A stretch of 64,000 nucleotides of DNA from Octopus vulgaris (GCA_951406725.2 OX597832.1:58838001-58902000); one strand, 5' to 3'; counted from the first letter of the stretch, positions 1 through 13,653 are shown. Program-made: numbers and translations. The notes: generated by a model not told the origin, from the sequence alone.

Positions 1-394
1 GATGTATACACAATACCTGAAATTTAACAGAGGCATATAATCGATTTTATCGATTCAGGTACTTTGAATCTTGCTTTATTTTATAGAATTTGAGAACTTT
101 GAAAAGGCAAGACGTAGTTGCTCTCTCTGGGATTTGAACACATCAGATTCTACCAAATCATCGCCCACGAACAGCTCAGAAATATTGATAAATCAGAAAT
201 ACAATTTCGAAATTACCAATGAATATTTGAAATATAATTTTGAAAATACAATTTCGATGTAGTCGAATAACTAGGTTATCTATCCGGATATATAAGTTAC
301 TCGCTTAGATTCTATTTCGTTTAATAATCTCTTCTAAGTTATACAGGTATTCATCTAATCCTTTAAATAGCAAAGAAAATGGATTATATATCTT

Positions 395-446
395 TCATAA
401 TATAATATAACATAATATAATACAACATAATGTCATATATATGTTA

Positions 447-518
<72 letters not shown>

Positions 519-746
519 CATACATACAAAGGAATGTAGTTATGTACGTACATATATGGGTGGGTGTATATAAGTATATATGTCTGTGTATGTATATGCA
601 CATATACATACGTATAAATATATGTATATATATATATACAAATATATATATACATTCATATGTATATATATATGGATATATATATACACGTTATATATCC
701 ATATATCGCTCTGTATATAGGCATTCATACCTATACACATACATAT

Positions 747-777
<31 letters not shown>

Positions 778-797
778 CATATATTACATATATTCAG

Positions 798-829
<32 letters not shown>

Positions 830-830
830 T
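395..830. repeat. (TA)n/(CA)n compound microsatellite; representative of dozens of such tracts across the window
   Basis: Directly visible dinucleotide runs; ORFs here translate as YIYI/HTHT artefacts. Confidence 0.95.
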
Positions 831-1399
831 CATATATCTTGTTTGATGATTTCTACTGTTGCTATTGTACCATATACAGTTACTTGTATCAGGAAAATGA
901 TATGGAAATTATATGAAAAAGAGGATTCAAATGCTACAGAGACTTTTAAGATAATTGCTTTTTTGAGTGTATCAAAGGGATCATTTTTGCAATTTATAAA
1001 ACATATCTATCTACAAATTTTCTTCAGCTTCCACATAATGCATACACACACACACACGCAAGCATATTCCTCTCTCTCTCACTCAGTTCACTCTCTCTCT
1101 CTCTCTCTTTCTCTCACACACACACAAACACAATACACACATATACACATGCAAAAGCACATGCACATACACTCACGCAAATATACAAGTTTGCAGCGAA
1201 AAACACGAACGAATATACCACAATACGCACACACGTGGTTGTATTCAAGTGTGCGTGAGTGTGTGCGTGTATGCGTGTGTGTGTGTGTGTATGCATGTGT
1301 GTGTGATCGCGCGCGTGTATGCTGTATATATGGATATAAGTATGCATAATATATTCATTTGTACAGCTCTGCGTGTGATACGTATTTCGGTTGTTATGT

Positions 1400-1791
1400 G
1401 GACATGAGTGGCTGTGTGGTAAGTAGCTTGCTTATCAACCACATGGTTCCGAGTTCATTCCCACTGCATGGCACCTTGGGCAAGTGACTTCTACTATAGC
1501 GCTGGGCCGACCAAACCTTGTGAGCGGATTTGGTAGACGGAAACTGAAAGAAGCCCGTCGTATGTATATATATATATATGTATATGTATGCGTGTGTGTA
1601 TATGCTTGTCTCCCAACATCGCTTCACAACCGATGCTGGTGTGTTTACGTCCCCGTAACATTAGCGGTTCGGCAAAAGAACCGATAGAATAAGTACTAGG
1701 CTTACAAAGAATAAATCCTGGGGTCGATTTGTCCGACTGAAAGGCTGTGTTCCAGCATGGCTACAGTCAAATGACTGAAACAAGTAAAAGA
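1400..1791 (+). mobile_element. tRNA-derived CORE-type SINE (family A) with internal microsatellite
   Basis: A-box-like GTGGCTGTGTGG, B-box-like GAGTTCATTCCC and MIR/CORE-like ACCTTGGGCAAGTGACTT. Homologous copies at ~4460-4680(-), 15835-16219(-), 25800-26160(-), 39700-39870(+), 41430-41560(+), 51150-51295(-), 57050-57480(-), 63240-63430(+). Confidence 0.85.
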
Positions 1792-1960
1792 CTATCATCA
1801 TATGCTGTTATGTGTCTATGTGTTTAATATGCGTGTATTCCTAAGCAATCTACTTTCCATTTTCTCATACGCATTCACGTATATGCTCTTCGATGTCACA
1901 CACACAGACAGATATATAGGTACATACACATGTATGTGTAATCAATCAATCAATTGCATA

Positions 1961-2172
1961 CCAAGGGTGGTGAAAAGTTCCTGGCTTTAAAGGTATCGCA
2001 AAAGGCCTGATCGGAGGCCCAATCTTCCGACTTTTACAAGGCTTAGAAAAACTGAACGACCGCTGTAATAAGTGTGTGAATCTGAGAGGGGAATATGTCG
2101 AAGAAAAGTATAATTAACTGACCCTCCTGTATTATCTTTTACCCAATCCCAGGAACATTTCCCTACCCACTC

Positions 2173-2173
<1 letters not shown>
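1961..2173 (+). mobile_element. Mariner-derived MITE/internal deletion derivative
   Basis: Imperfect TIRs (ccaagggtggtgaaaagttcctgg / ccaggaacatttccctacccactcg), TA on both sides, and internal mariner C-terminal peptide GLEKLNDRCNKCVNLRGEYVEE. Confidence 0.8.
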
Positions 2174-2204
<31 letters not shown>

Positions 2205-2329
2205 GAGAAGAAAGTGGAGTAAAAATAGCAAAAAGAAGTGTGTATTTTGCGGTAGTATATCTATCCCCTAGAGGCTTTAAACACCTCTAACTTACACCTG
2301 TATATATATATATATGTATGTATGTATAT

Positions 2330-2364
<35 letters not shown>

Positions 2365-2728
2365 TGTGTGTGTGTGGATATGTATATATGGAATTAAAAA
2401 CATAACCAAAAGTGCTTATAGTTTCATGCTATCATGATACTTGAAGAGACATATATATAAAATACGCCATGTGTCTTAGAGCAATCTTCCAGGCTCTTTT
2501 TATGCGTTATATATAATTTTTAAAAATAAGGACTCTGAACAATAAGAAAAAAAAAGGTGGGGGGGGAAACGTGAAGAAGGTTGTCGCAGAAAATGGAAGG
2601 AAAAAAATGAAACGAAAACAGCAATTATGATCCTCGTCCTGCTTGATTGCAGAAAGCTCAGAACAAAATGAGAGAAAATATGTCTAAGTCTGCGAGACAG
2701 CAACTGAATCTGGAGCTGATGGTGCCTT

Positions 2729-3170
2729 TCAGTTTGATAAAGGAAATCTGTTCATGTGTTTACATCTGCTAAAATTTTCAGATCTCGAATTAAGCAGTTT
2801 GTTGGAATTGTTGGATCGAAGACGACAATAAGATCTTTCTGCTACGCATAAATCAAATTTCTTAGATCCATGTGGAGCTACTCTACAAATTCCATACATG
2901 ACTAGCCAACTTAGTCGCGTTACTTTTATTGATGTGTCGGAAAGAAGACAGGTGGTTTGGATAGCGTCTCTTAAATTCGCCCTCATATAATCCGATGTAA
3001 TTCAATGGATTTGTCTTGGAGCGTAGCTATAACTTCAACTACGTATATGACGGAGGTTATCATGCACACCTGGTCAAGTGGGCAAGCGCGAGGGTCTCGA
3101 CAGTTACAAATGGAAGTAGCTGCTTGGTGATTTTTGAGACTTATAATGTTCTTCATACTGGTGCAGCATC
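2729..3170 (-). pseudogene. Penelope-like element GIY-YIG endonuclease C-terminal remnant (frameshifted)
   Basis: Minus-strand peptides across frames: [93 protein letters not shown]. Together these match the PLE CCHH linker plus GIY-YIG pattern. Confidence 0.85.
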
Positions 3171-3256
3171 TACACACACACACGCACACATACATACATA
3201 TATACATACATACATACATACGTCATACATACATACATACAAATAAATATACATAC

Positions 3257-3359
<103 letters not shown>

Positions 3360-3458
3360 TAATCCAAACATGAAAGCACAAAGAGAAAACACAAAAACTC
3401 GAGGATGTGGAACAAATATAATATTATTGGACGCTTAGGAAGAAAGGGAAGAAGGGGG

Positions 3459-3493
3459 GTTTAACGTTTCGAGTGGAGCTCTTCGTCAGAAAC
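3459..3493 (-). ncRNA. Minimal type I hammerhead ribozyme (intact core) in a PLE-like terminal fragment (~3354-3570)
   Basis: Reverse complement reads gttt-CTGACGA-a-gag(ctcca)ctc-GAAA-cg-TT-aaac; 4-bp stem I, palindromic ACGT stem III, GUU triplet. Confidence 0.75.
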
Positions 3494-4710
3494 ATAGGAA
3501 AAGGAAAGATCCAGAGAAGGGAAGACGGAGGAAAAGAATCGCCAACGGTACACACGCGGTCCCATTTTGAAATATATATATAGCAAAGTCAGATTTAACA
3601 CCATCGACCTTACACGGAGGTATTCTTAATACCTAGCTGCACGGGCATACGAATTGTTTTTTACATGCATCACTGTTCTGACCAATTACGAAAGTCAAAA
3701 CCTTGTTCAAACCCATTTAACGAAGTTAGCAGTTTCAAATACCTCGAAAAATTTTAAGTCATCTTTGACTCAATTAATGTTTTTCTATAAAAGTTTATAG
3801 GAAAGCTACCGTCTTGAATGTCTTTGGTGTTTCTGACATTGTGCCAAGACCTGAAATCGACGTAGCAGATCATAACTTTTTTATTTGTGTCGGAGTAAAC
3901 CTAATTTTCTTCAAATGTAAAATGAGAAACGTTAGTTTCCTATAACATAGGTGGGTATTCATCTCTTTTGTATCATCTTGACGGTACAGACTCCAAAATG
4001 AGGCTTCGATGTCATATCATTTGTTATGTTGATGCTTTTGTTCTCGACGTTGGTGGCGTTGTTCTTGTTTGCTGTAGTAATGTTGAGTTGATGGTGCTAG
4101 TGTTGTCATTTGTGTTGTTTTGCTAAAACATCGGACCGCATTAAGCAGGTCTATAACTTTCAGCCGCCGTTGTCGGCGATGAGTAAGGACGTCAAATGGG
4201 AGAAGATGGGACATGGTATGTCCAGCAGTGGCCGTTGAGCAGATCTGATATAATTGGTCGTCGTCGTTCATTCTCTTTGATTAAAGTATGCCTCTTTATT
4301 TTGAAACATTAGTACAATAATCGAGTAAGATTTAAGCTATCCTTTCTAGTAGGTCAAGCAACTGCGTAGAATCTCCCATATTCTATTTTATACTTAATGG
4401 CAGCGTTAACATATATACTTAAATAAAATCGATAAAGAATCCTTCAAACGACTATAATCTTTTACTCTTTTCCTTGTTTCAGTCATTTGACTGCGGCCAT
4501 GCTGGAGTACCGCCTTTAGTCGGGCAAATTGACCCCAGGACTTATTCTTTAGAAGCCTAGTACTTATTCTATCGTTCTCTTTTGCCGAACCGCTAGGTTA
4601 CGGGGACATAAACACACCACCATCGGTTGTCAAGCGATGTTGGAGGGGGACAAACACAGATACAAACATATACACACACATATATATATACATATATATA
4701 TATATATATG

Positions 4711-4788
<78 letters not shown>

Positions 4789-4950
4789 GTATATTTGCCA
4801 TCTAAATATGGTTAATCACTAAGGGTGGATGTTACTGTAGCTTGTAGCCCCAGGAGAACATCTTCTCCAGCTGGCTATTGACACACTTTCTGTGCCCGAT
4901 CGGTATTTGCAAAGGGAGGTCATCCTTCCTTCGTCAACCCAAGTGATACG

Positions 4951-4991
4951 CACGGACTGCAGTTTCTGGGTATTGGCCCGTCATCAGCGCA
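4951..4991 (-). ncRNA. Type I hammerhead ribozyme (intact core) within a ~4790-5120 repeat
   Basis: Reverse complement reads tgcg-CTGATGA-c-ggg(ccaata)ccc-a-GAAA-ctgcag-TC-cgtg; palindromic ACTGCAGT stem III, GUC triplet. Confidence 0.75.
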
Positions 4992-5459
4992 AGACAATCA
5001 CCGGTTTTCGATGGAAGGGTCCCAATGCAAATATTTATATCCTTTTTCCAGTCATCCAACAAGGGAACCTTTGCATAGCTACTAGACCTGTTAATGATAA
5101 AAGGGAAATCCCCTCCAAATGAAAAAACTCCTAAAAATAAGAATGAAGGCTGGAACACATGTAATCATGGATCTGTGCAGAGACTAAACACCGCGAAAAG
5201 CAATAACAAAAACTAAAGAGTGGTTTAGATTTAAAATATGGACAGCGGATATAATTTATAGAAGACAAATATAAGCCGTTGTATTTAGGTCTCCAGAATA
5301 ACTATCTATAATGGTAGAAAGCGACGCTTAATTATGCATCACTAATTTCTAGTTTTCTATTAAAGCGACTGAAATGTTATTCACTGCTGAAAACAACGAA
5401 GCAATCACATGTCGCTATATTTAATTACTCTTCTATAGCAGTGTAGTTTGATTCAAGTT

Positions 5460-5812
5460 GCTTTAGAAGTGTTTCATCGTCTTCAACGAGGTGAGAAGTA
5501 TTACAATGCGTCTTCTCTCATCATCGTTAGTACACGAAGCTTCATTAGTGTTTATACTGCTCTTTCAAATGCACAGATATTCTGCATTAAATGCAGCTTC
5601 AGAGAGAAATGCCGAAATATTTGAATTCGATGGACATGGAATTTTTTTTTCCCCGTCGCTGTTTTCCAAACGAACGGCCTTCATCTACTACTTGAATGCA
5701 ATAAAGATAGTTTCACATCACGGTATAATATAAGACAAACTGATGCATCGTTGCCTTCTATACTTATTTTCACCACACAAAACACGACATACTTTATGAT
5801 ATTGAGCTCGTA
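5460..5812 (-). mobile_element. Possible highly decayed mariner 5' fragment
   Basis: tacgag-type terminus on the minus strand and an LVEDDET peptide resembling IVTGDET; weak. Confidence 0.3.
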
Positions 5813-6266
5813 TTAATATTATTTTCCGATGGAAAATAAGAAAGCTATATAATTGTTCCTCTGTTTATGACATTAACTAACAAATTACATGTAAGAAATG
5901 AAAACAAGAAATAAATATGAAAATAAAAAATGAATGTTGTGTGCCATTTTGCGACCAATTACAGATCTTCAGTGACTCATTATCGAAGATTGCTAGCGTT
6001 TTTTTGTTGCCAACTATTCGTAAAATGAGAATCTTTTGGATACATCTTCATACTTTCAGCTTGTTATCAGAATGTGTTGATCACAAGAATTACGAAAAGC
6101 AAAAAAAAGAATGAAAGAAAAAAGAAACGGAAAAGGAAAAATAAAAAAAAAGAGGCCTGGAAAACGTAAACTGAAAAGAGATTTCAACCACTAAAATTAC
6201 TGCAGCTACACTTATAGAAAATATATAATACGCACTCAAACACACCCACGCACGCACACACACACC

Positions 6267-6332
<66 letters not shown>

Positions 6333-6495
6333 ATAATTTTTTTCTTCATTGTTTGAAGCTCAGGGTAAAACATAAGAAATAATTTCCCTTGACATCAAGC
6401 CTACACATAATTTTTTTCTACATGCTGCAAAACGACATCCTATAAACATATCCACATGGTAATCACATGCATACATACATACATACATACATATA

Positions 6496-6557
<62 letters not shown>

Positions 6558-6596
6558 CATGTTTATATATATATGTATATATATATACATATACAT

Positions 6597-6633
<37 letters not shown>

Positions 6634-6636
6634 CAT

Positions 6637-6682
<46 letters not shown>

Positions 6683-6718
6683 ATATATATACACATACAT
6701 ATATATATGTACGTATGC

Positions 6719-6749
<31 letters not shown>

Positions 6750-7255
6750 TGTATATCTATATATATATGTACATACATATATATATATATATGTATATAT
6801 ATGCATGTATGATATGTATGTATATGTATATATATCTATATATATATATATATACATATACAGACAATTACGTGTATATGGTGGGTAATGCAGAGACAGA
6901 TGTTTTATGAGAGAGAGAAAAAGAGAGAGAAACAGAGTGCGAAAGAGAGAGAAAGACAGACAGACAGATAGACAGAGATGGATAGAGAGACAGAGAGAAC
7001 ACTCATACAGAGCTGCTGAAGATATACCGAGTGCAACAATTATTATCTGTAACGTGAATTCGATATAAAATTTATATCTTCCTCCAGCTGACAAGATCAT
7101 TAAAATTTCTGTCGAAGAAAAAGAATGAGATCGTGATTTGATTAATTTGGCTGAAAGCGGTATTTCTTTGAAGAAACTGTCAGTACATTAGGACACGAGG
7201 TACGATCATTATAATTAAAATCTCTGAGCCGATTTCGACCCCGAGTGGAAGAAAA

Positions 7256-7297
<42 letters not shown>

Positions 7298-7375
7298 CAC
7301 TAACAAATACAAACCCACACATCTTTATATATGTATATATGTGTGTATGTATATATAAGTATATATGTATGTGTG

Positions 7376-7465
<90 letters not shown>

Positions 7466-7466
7466 A

Positions 7467-7514
<48 letters not shown>

Positions 7515-7530
7515 AATCTATCTATCTATA
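7376..7530. repeat. (TCTA)n/(TAGA)n tetranucleotide microsatellite; others at 45001-45090 and 57856-58120
   Basis: Direct. Confidence 0.95.
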
Positions 7531-7746
7531 TATGTATGCACATGTAATGGTAAGATCCAAGGATCAATGTGTAGGAAGTTAGTAAGCTTCGAGCTGTTTG
7601 TTTAAGGTATATAAAAAAACAACCTTGAGGAAAAATAGCGTTTTATTGAGGTAACATGTTAAATGTTTTCCGTATCGAAGTTAAATAAGCTGAAAAAAGT
7701 TATTTTACTTCATTTCTCTACCCCAATCTACCCCATTCCTTAATTA

Positions 7747-7786
<40 letters not shown>

Positions 7787-7787
<1 letters not shown>

Positions 7788-8121
7788 CACCTTGATCACC
7801 TACCGACCAGTTCGTTAGGCGTCCATTTGACACCGCTGGTCACAGCACGCTGTCCACTCCTCTCTGGATCACGCCTTTCTCATCCACGTGATCCACATCG
7901 TCCTCCTGAAATCGTAACTCCACCGTTGTGGAGGCCTTCCGGGTGGTCGTTTCCGCTCGCGTGGGTACCACTCAACAACTGCGCGGATCCACCGATTATC
8001 GGTGGGCCGGGCAACGTGTCCAGCCCATCTAAACTTGCTGCGTATATACTCTACGATGACATCCCTCACACCGGACTTCTTTCTGATGATCTCGCTATTG
8101 ATGTGCTCTTTCAACGAGATA
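7787..8121 (-). mobile_element. RTE-clade LINE 3' end (RT C-terminal region plus short repeat tail)
   Basis: ISLKEHINSEIIRKKSGVRDVIVEYIRSKFRWAGHVARPTDNRWIRAVVEWYPRERKRPPGRPPQRW; tail ggtgatcaaggtga runs into (TA)n. Confidence 0.9.
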
Positions 8122-8303
8122 AGGGATGTGCTCAAGTGAAGGTTGGACAGGACCACACGCGCCAACCTCATCAACAGTACAGTTCTACCTGCAATGTTAT
8201 ATGGTAGTGAAACATGGGCTACCACAAAGAGAGAAGAGCAGAGACTGGTAACGGCTCAAAGAGCCATGGAAAGTCAATGCTTGGTATCTCGTTGAGAGAG
8301 CAT
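8122..8303 (+). mobile_element. Inverted upstream segment of the same RTE LINE
   Basis: Plus-strand RANLINSTVLPAMLYGSETWATTKREEQRLVTAQRAME..MLGISLREH, the peptide that precedes the minus-strand piece in RTE ORFs. Confidence 0.9.
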
Positions 8304-8325
8304 ACACACACATATATATATATTT

Positions 8326-9440
8326 TAGTAGACACACCCGGCGTTGCTCGTGATTTAAATGGCATAGTTTGTATATATGGTACAGTTAACTTGAAACATG
8401 TGACACGGGGAAATGCACCATTGAGTAAATGAAGGGTTAATTCGTAGAAGCATGCGTCAGTTTGGAAGATTTCAGGCACTAACCTTGTTATGGAAAATTT
8501 GGGTGGGGGTATGTGATTTCTGAACGCTCCAAAAAGCTCTCAGTGGATATACTCTCCTTTGCGGCTGTCGGCGTTGCTGCGGCCATGCTGAACAATCAGC
8601 AGATATAGGAACCACATCTTTGTGATAAATGAAGTCTGTGAGGGCGCTCAACAGCACCACATAAGAGAAATCTACATGAAAGAAATGACGTGGTAAGGAG
8701 AGCGATTGGCAAGGAAGCGCTTGAAAACAACACTATCATACGATATTTCGGTTGAGAATGGATAGTCGTGATTCAACCGTGCCCACCTCTGCGTAGAGTG
8801 TGTGCGACGATTGTGAGGACAACTCAACTCCAAACGAAAATAATTCTCCATGCAGCGTCGGGATACGCATAGTCACATCAAGGACACGGTCTCTTACTAA
8901 CGTGGTTTGGTCTTAGATTCTATTCAGTAGTAGGATAATGTACATGCGATATTAATCGGTTTGTAGTCGATAGCTGAAGAATATTTTAAGGGTTTCATCT
9001 ATGCCTTGAAGGAAGACTTTGATACTGACGCTAAAAGAAAGTATTTGAATAGTTGCTCAGGATTTAACATATTTTAGCATATTTTTTGTCATAAACATAG
9101 TGCGTCCCAAACAGTTTTTATTCCAAAGATATGGTACTGCGGAATCAGGCTATTATTGCTTCCACTTAGACAACGCTGTTTGAAGTCTACAATCGGTTCA
9201 TCCATTTAATACAGCCTACCTATATAATTTAAGTAGTTGTTTTTTCCAGTTTGAACAGAAGCAATATGTGGACCATGCGGGTAGTAGTACATACCTCAGG
9301 AAAAAAGGATTTCTGCTCCCAGGGGCCCTATTACTGATTATGTGAAAAAGTTTAAGAGTTTAAAACCATTTGTGGAACATAAGTAATGTATGTTCCCAGT
9401 TTGAAGAAAATCATTTGTGAACTTCAGAAGTTCTGATATT
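8326..9440 (-). mobile_element. Non-autonomous Helitron; a second 5'-end piece lies at ~9660-9820
   Basis: Minus-strand 3' end cacgagcaacgccgggtg hairpin plus CTAGT-like tctactaa. 9290-9435 is homologous (reverse complement) to 41630-41760, upstream of a Helitron ORF remnant. Confidence 0.65.
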
Positions 9441-9444
9441 AACA

Positions 9445-9500
<56 letters not shown>

Positions 9501-9855
9501 GACACACACACACACACAAGCAGCACACACACACACACACACACGCAGGCACACACACACACACATTCTTAGTTTTATATAGAGAGAGGTACAGACATTG
9601 ACATAAATACGTCATAAAGGGTAATGTCCCTTGAACCAATGAAGCAACCAAGTTAAGCAATCGTTCATATTGTTTACTCAGGAAAGGGGATTTTCTGCCC
9701 CAAAGGACCCACTTCCTTATCATGTGAAAAATTTTAAGTGTCTAAAACTGTCTCTTGAACAAAAGTACTGCATGTTCCCAGTTTGGAGAAGATCAGTTGG
9801 GAACTCCAGAAGTTCTGCGCGTTTATACACACACATCCTCAGTTAAATATATATA

Positions 9856-9886
<31 letters not shown>

Positions 9887-9906
9887 CTGTGTCTGTGTGT
9901 GTGTGT

Positions 9907-10215
9907 AGGCGCAATGACCCAGTGGTTAGGGCAGCGTACACGCGGTTGTAGGATCGCGGTTTCGATTCTCAGACCGGGCGTTGTGAGTGTTTATTGAGCG
10001 AAAACACCTAAATTTCCACGAGGCTTCAGCAGGGAGTGGTGGCGATCCCTGCTGTACTCTTTCGCCGCAACTTTCTCTCTCTCTCTTTCTTCTGTTGGCC
10101 TGCTCGCTTAGTCAGCGGGGTGGCGTCATTTGAAGGCTAAAACAGTGCGAAGTGCATTGTGACAAGTGATGTGTAGCAACATCTGATAGCCTAGTCTGTC
10201 ACGGTGATCACGGTT
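9907..10215 (+). mobile_element. tRNA-derived SINE family B with RTE-like tail
   Basis: Head ggcgcaatgacccagtggttagg..ggtttcgattc; tail gcctagtctgtcacggtgatcacggt; sister copy at 23486-23772. Confidence 0.85.
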
Positions 10216-10226
10216 ATATATATACA

Positions 10227-10296
<70 letters not shown>

Positions 10297-11489
10297 AAAT
10301 AGCGAGAGAAAGAAAGTGTGAGACAGAAAGTGGGAGAGCAAAAGAGATAAATCATAAAAAGTCAGGAGGTGTGAGAGGTGAATACATTTATTTAATCAGT
10401 TGTCACTCTTAGGAATACGGTCATTTACATACTCCTCATGAAATAATTTCATCGACAGGTTATTCTGGATATCTGATGCATAAAACTCTTCATTTTATTC
10501 CTCCGTACTGGTTTAATATATAATCTTCTAGTTGGGTCTGCTAGAGGAGCTCTCATCAGGTTCAATACTTCAAAAATAACCTGAGAGTAAATTTTTTTTA
10601 AACTGTATATTTTGAATTGATATTATTGAAGCCCAGTCCAGTTATGACAGAGCTTATCCCCTCCAATCGTGGCTATACCCGCATTTTCTATATCTAGGCG
10701 TATGTTTTTACGTATCTTCTCTCTGTTTATTTTAAATATACTACGGTGAAATTTGATGAAATTTTGGCTGATTTGTCTAGCGGCCATTCCAACCAGAGAG
10801 AGGGAACTTCATTGACTCTCGTGTTATATTTTGTGTACATTTAGGATATGCGCACCTACCTCGTAAAACCCCAAACCCCCCCAAAACAGACCCATGTGCT
10901 GGAGGGTTATCGCTGCGTCGTGCAAAGGTATCTCCCGCCAGGATTAGAGAATCACCTACAAATATTGAATGCTACGACTTCGCTGTTAGAGTGATTGCTC
11001 TCCTCCTCCTCCTCCTCCTCCTCCTCCTACTTCTACTACTACTACTACTACTACTAGTTTATAGTTAACGTTCTTGATGCTCTTTGATGTTAAATTGCTC
11101 TGTTAAGGAGTGGACCAAAAACATAAACAGAAAAATCTGTGACGTGCAATGTCTTTCGACATTAGGAACATACAACGAACATAACAATTTAATATTTCTG
11201 TACAACGACGGTATTTTGCTTCTGTAATTATGTATTGAGAATTGTAAAGATCTGCCTTGGGCCAATACATATGAATTCTAAAGGATCAGTCGTCGTAGCA
11301 GAGGATGGAGAATTCGTAGTAGTGATGTCTATTTCTTTAGTTTGCAAAGCAGAATTCAACACCTCTTGATTGTCCCGGAGAAAAATAAACACACATCAGA
11401 CATAAGATTGTAAATAGTATCACCCCCTTTCAGTTTCTCGCCTCTCTCATTTTTTTTCCGAAGGATATTCACTCACGTATATGCACAAA

Positions 11490-11534
<45 letters not shown>

Positions 11535-11559
11535 TTACTCACACATTCGTACCCACGCG

Positions 11560-11752
11560 TATTATTATTATTATTGTTACTATTATCAACATCATCATCA
11601 CCATCATCATCATCATTATTAATTTGTTTTTATTATTATTATTATTATTATCATTATCATCATTATTATTATCATTATTACTGTTATTATTATTATTATT
11701 CAGGAGTCTTATTTTTATCACTTGCTTTCACTACCCTACATTATTATTATTA

Positions 11753-11822
<70 letters not shown>

Positions 11823-11990
11823 CATTATTATTATTATAATATTATTATTATTATTATTATCATTATTATTATTATTGTTGTTGTTGTTGTTGTTGTTTTT
11901 ATTATTATTATTGTTGTTATTATTATTATTATTATTATTACTATTATTATTATTATTATTATTATTTTATTACTATTATTGTTGTATTTT
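11560..11990. repeat. (TAT/CAT/GTT)n trinucleotide repeat; similar tracts at 13040-13110, 13430-13690, 17677-17752, 21975-22260, 27783-27870, 50820-50915
   Basis: Direct. Confidence 0.95.
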
Positions 11991-12208
11991 TTTTATACGA
12001 ACTGTTCCGAGTCATAGACAAGACGTTACATTTTAGTCTGGGTGTTATTTATAATTAGCTACGAGATATTTTGCAGGGAAAGTAGGACAGAATCTAAGAA
12101 GTGAGAGTCTCTTGAAAATGGGTGATATCTCAATTCTGAGACACTATGAAGAGAATCATGCATTTTTTCAGGTAGACCCACTTCGAGGGCAATATCCATG
12201 ACAACGAC

Positions 12209-12480
12209 CTTCTTCTTCTTCTTCTTCTTCTTCTTCTTCTTCTTCTTCTTCTTCTTCTTCTTCTTTTTCTTCCTCTTCTTCTTTTTCTTCTTCTTCTTCT
12301 TCTTCTTCTTCTTCTTCTTCTTCTTCTCCTACTACTTCTTGTTCTTCTTGTTCTTCTTGTTCTTGTTCTTCTTGTTCTTCTTGTTCTTCTTCTTCTTCTT
12401 CTTCTTCTTCTTCTCCTACTACTTCTTGTTCTTCTTGTTCTTCTTGTTCTTCTTCTTGTTCTATTACTACTTCTTCATTT
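12209..12480. repeat. (TTC)n trinucleotide repeat
   Basis: Direct. Confidence 0.95.
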
Positions 12481-12484
12481 TCTC

Positions 12485-13035
12485 TTCATCACAGGTTTTG
12501 TTGGAACTCCTGGAGTCTTACATGCATAGCGGGTTTACTACCTGCAGCATTCGGTACCATGCTATTCGTTCTTTTTAGCTATTTAATACTTTATTCCAAT
12601 TTCCTTTATATTCCCCTTGATGCTTTCTGATACTGTCTCCAAGGACCCAACAATATTTAGTTCTATCTTCACCTTCTTCATTTTCCATAACCGGACCATT
12701 TCGTACTTAAGGGGATCTCTATCAATCTTTTCCACTTCCTTCTTGACTATTCGTGGGTCAAAGGGACATACAACGTCAGCGATATAGCATATGTGGCGCG
12801 CTCCTTGTCCACCACCACTATATCTAGTCTGTTATGCTCTAGTGCCTGATCTCTTTGGACTGGAATATCCAAGGGAATTTTGCTAGTCTCGACTCTGCCA
12901 CTCTCTCCGGTTTATTCTCATACCACGCCTTGCATTTTTCTAGGACTCACTCTTTGTACAGTTTCCAAAGTAGCACTTTCGCTACCTGGTCGTGATGCCA
13001 CAAGTTGTGGTGGTTTTGGGAAAGTCTATTATTAA
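12485..13035 (-). mobile_element. R4/Dong-like non-LTR retrotransposon 3' remnant (restriction-like endonuclease domain)
   Basis: Minus peptides HHDQVAKVLLWKLY..AWYENKPERVAE..DIPVQRDQALEHNRLDIVVVDKE..IADVVCPFD..KYEMVRLWKMKKV..IVGSLETV, with frameshifts. Confidence 0.8.
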
Positions 13036-13037
13036 CA

Positions 13038-13110
<73 letters not shown>

Positions 13111-13432
13111 CAGTAGTATATTTTTTATATCGTGCTTTCACTTCACTACCGAGCGCAGCTCTGTGTGCCTTGGGTATGTGCTGTGATTTGTTGTGATGTT
13201 CTGATGGTTATTGTATGGAAAGTGTTCTGCGTAGGATGTGTGCCGTGCCTAGTAGTGCAATTTACTGTATGTTATATGTGTTTGTAAGTCCTGGTGTTTT
13301 TGTTATGTATTTTGTTATTTTGTTACGTATTTTTATCATGCCTAATGCACCTATTATGATAGGAATTGTTTCTGTTTTTAGATTCCACATTCTGGTTACC
13401 TCTATTTCCAGGTCTTTGTATTTTGAAAGTTT
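13111..13432 (-). mobile_element. R4/Dong-like LINE 3' end plus 3' UTR inserted in (TAA)n
   Basis: KLSKYKDLEIEVTRMWNLKTE..PIIIGALGMIK..TPGLTNTYNIQ*IALLGTAHILRRTLSIQ*; (TAA)n on both sides. Confidence 0.85.
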
Positions 13433-13453
13433 ATTATTATAATTATTATTATA

Positions 13454-13508
<55 letters not shown>

Positions 13509-13534
13509 GGAGCAGCAGCAGCAACAGCAGCGGC

Positions 13535-13590
<56 letters not shown>

Positions 13591-13597
13591 CAGCAGC

Positions 13598-13647
<50 letters not shown>

Positions 13648-13653
13648 TAGTAA

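Noticed and set aside
4017-4271. 84-aa minus-strand ORF in GC-richer sequence
   Set aside because: No recognisable motif or splice signals; half of it is (CAA)-type low complexity
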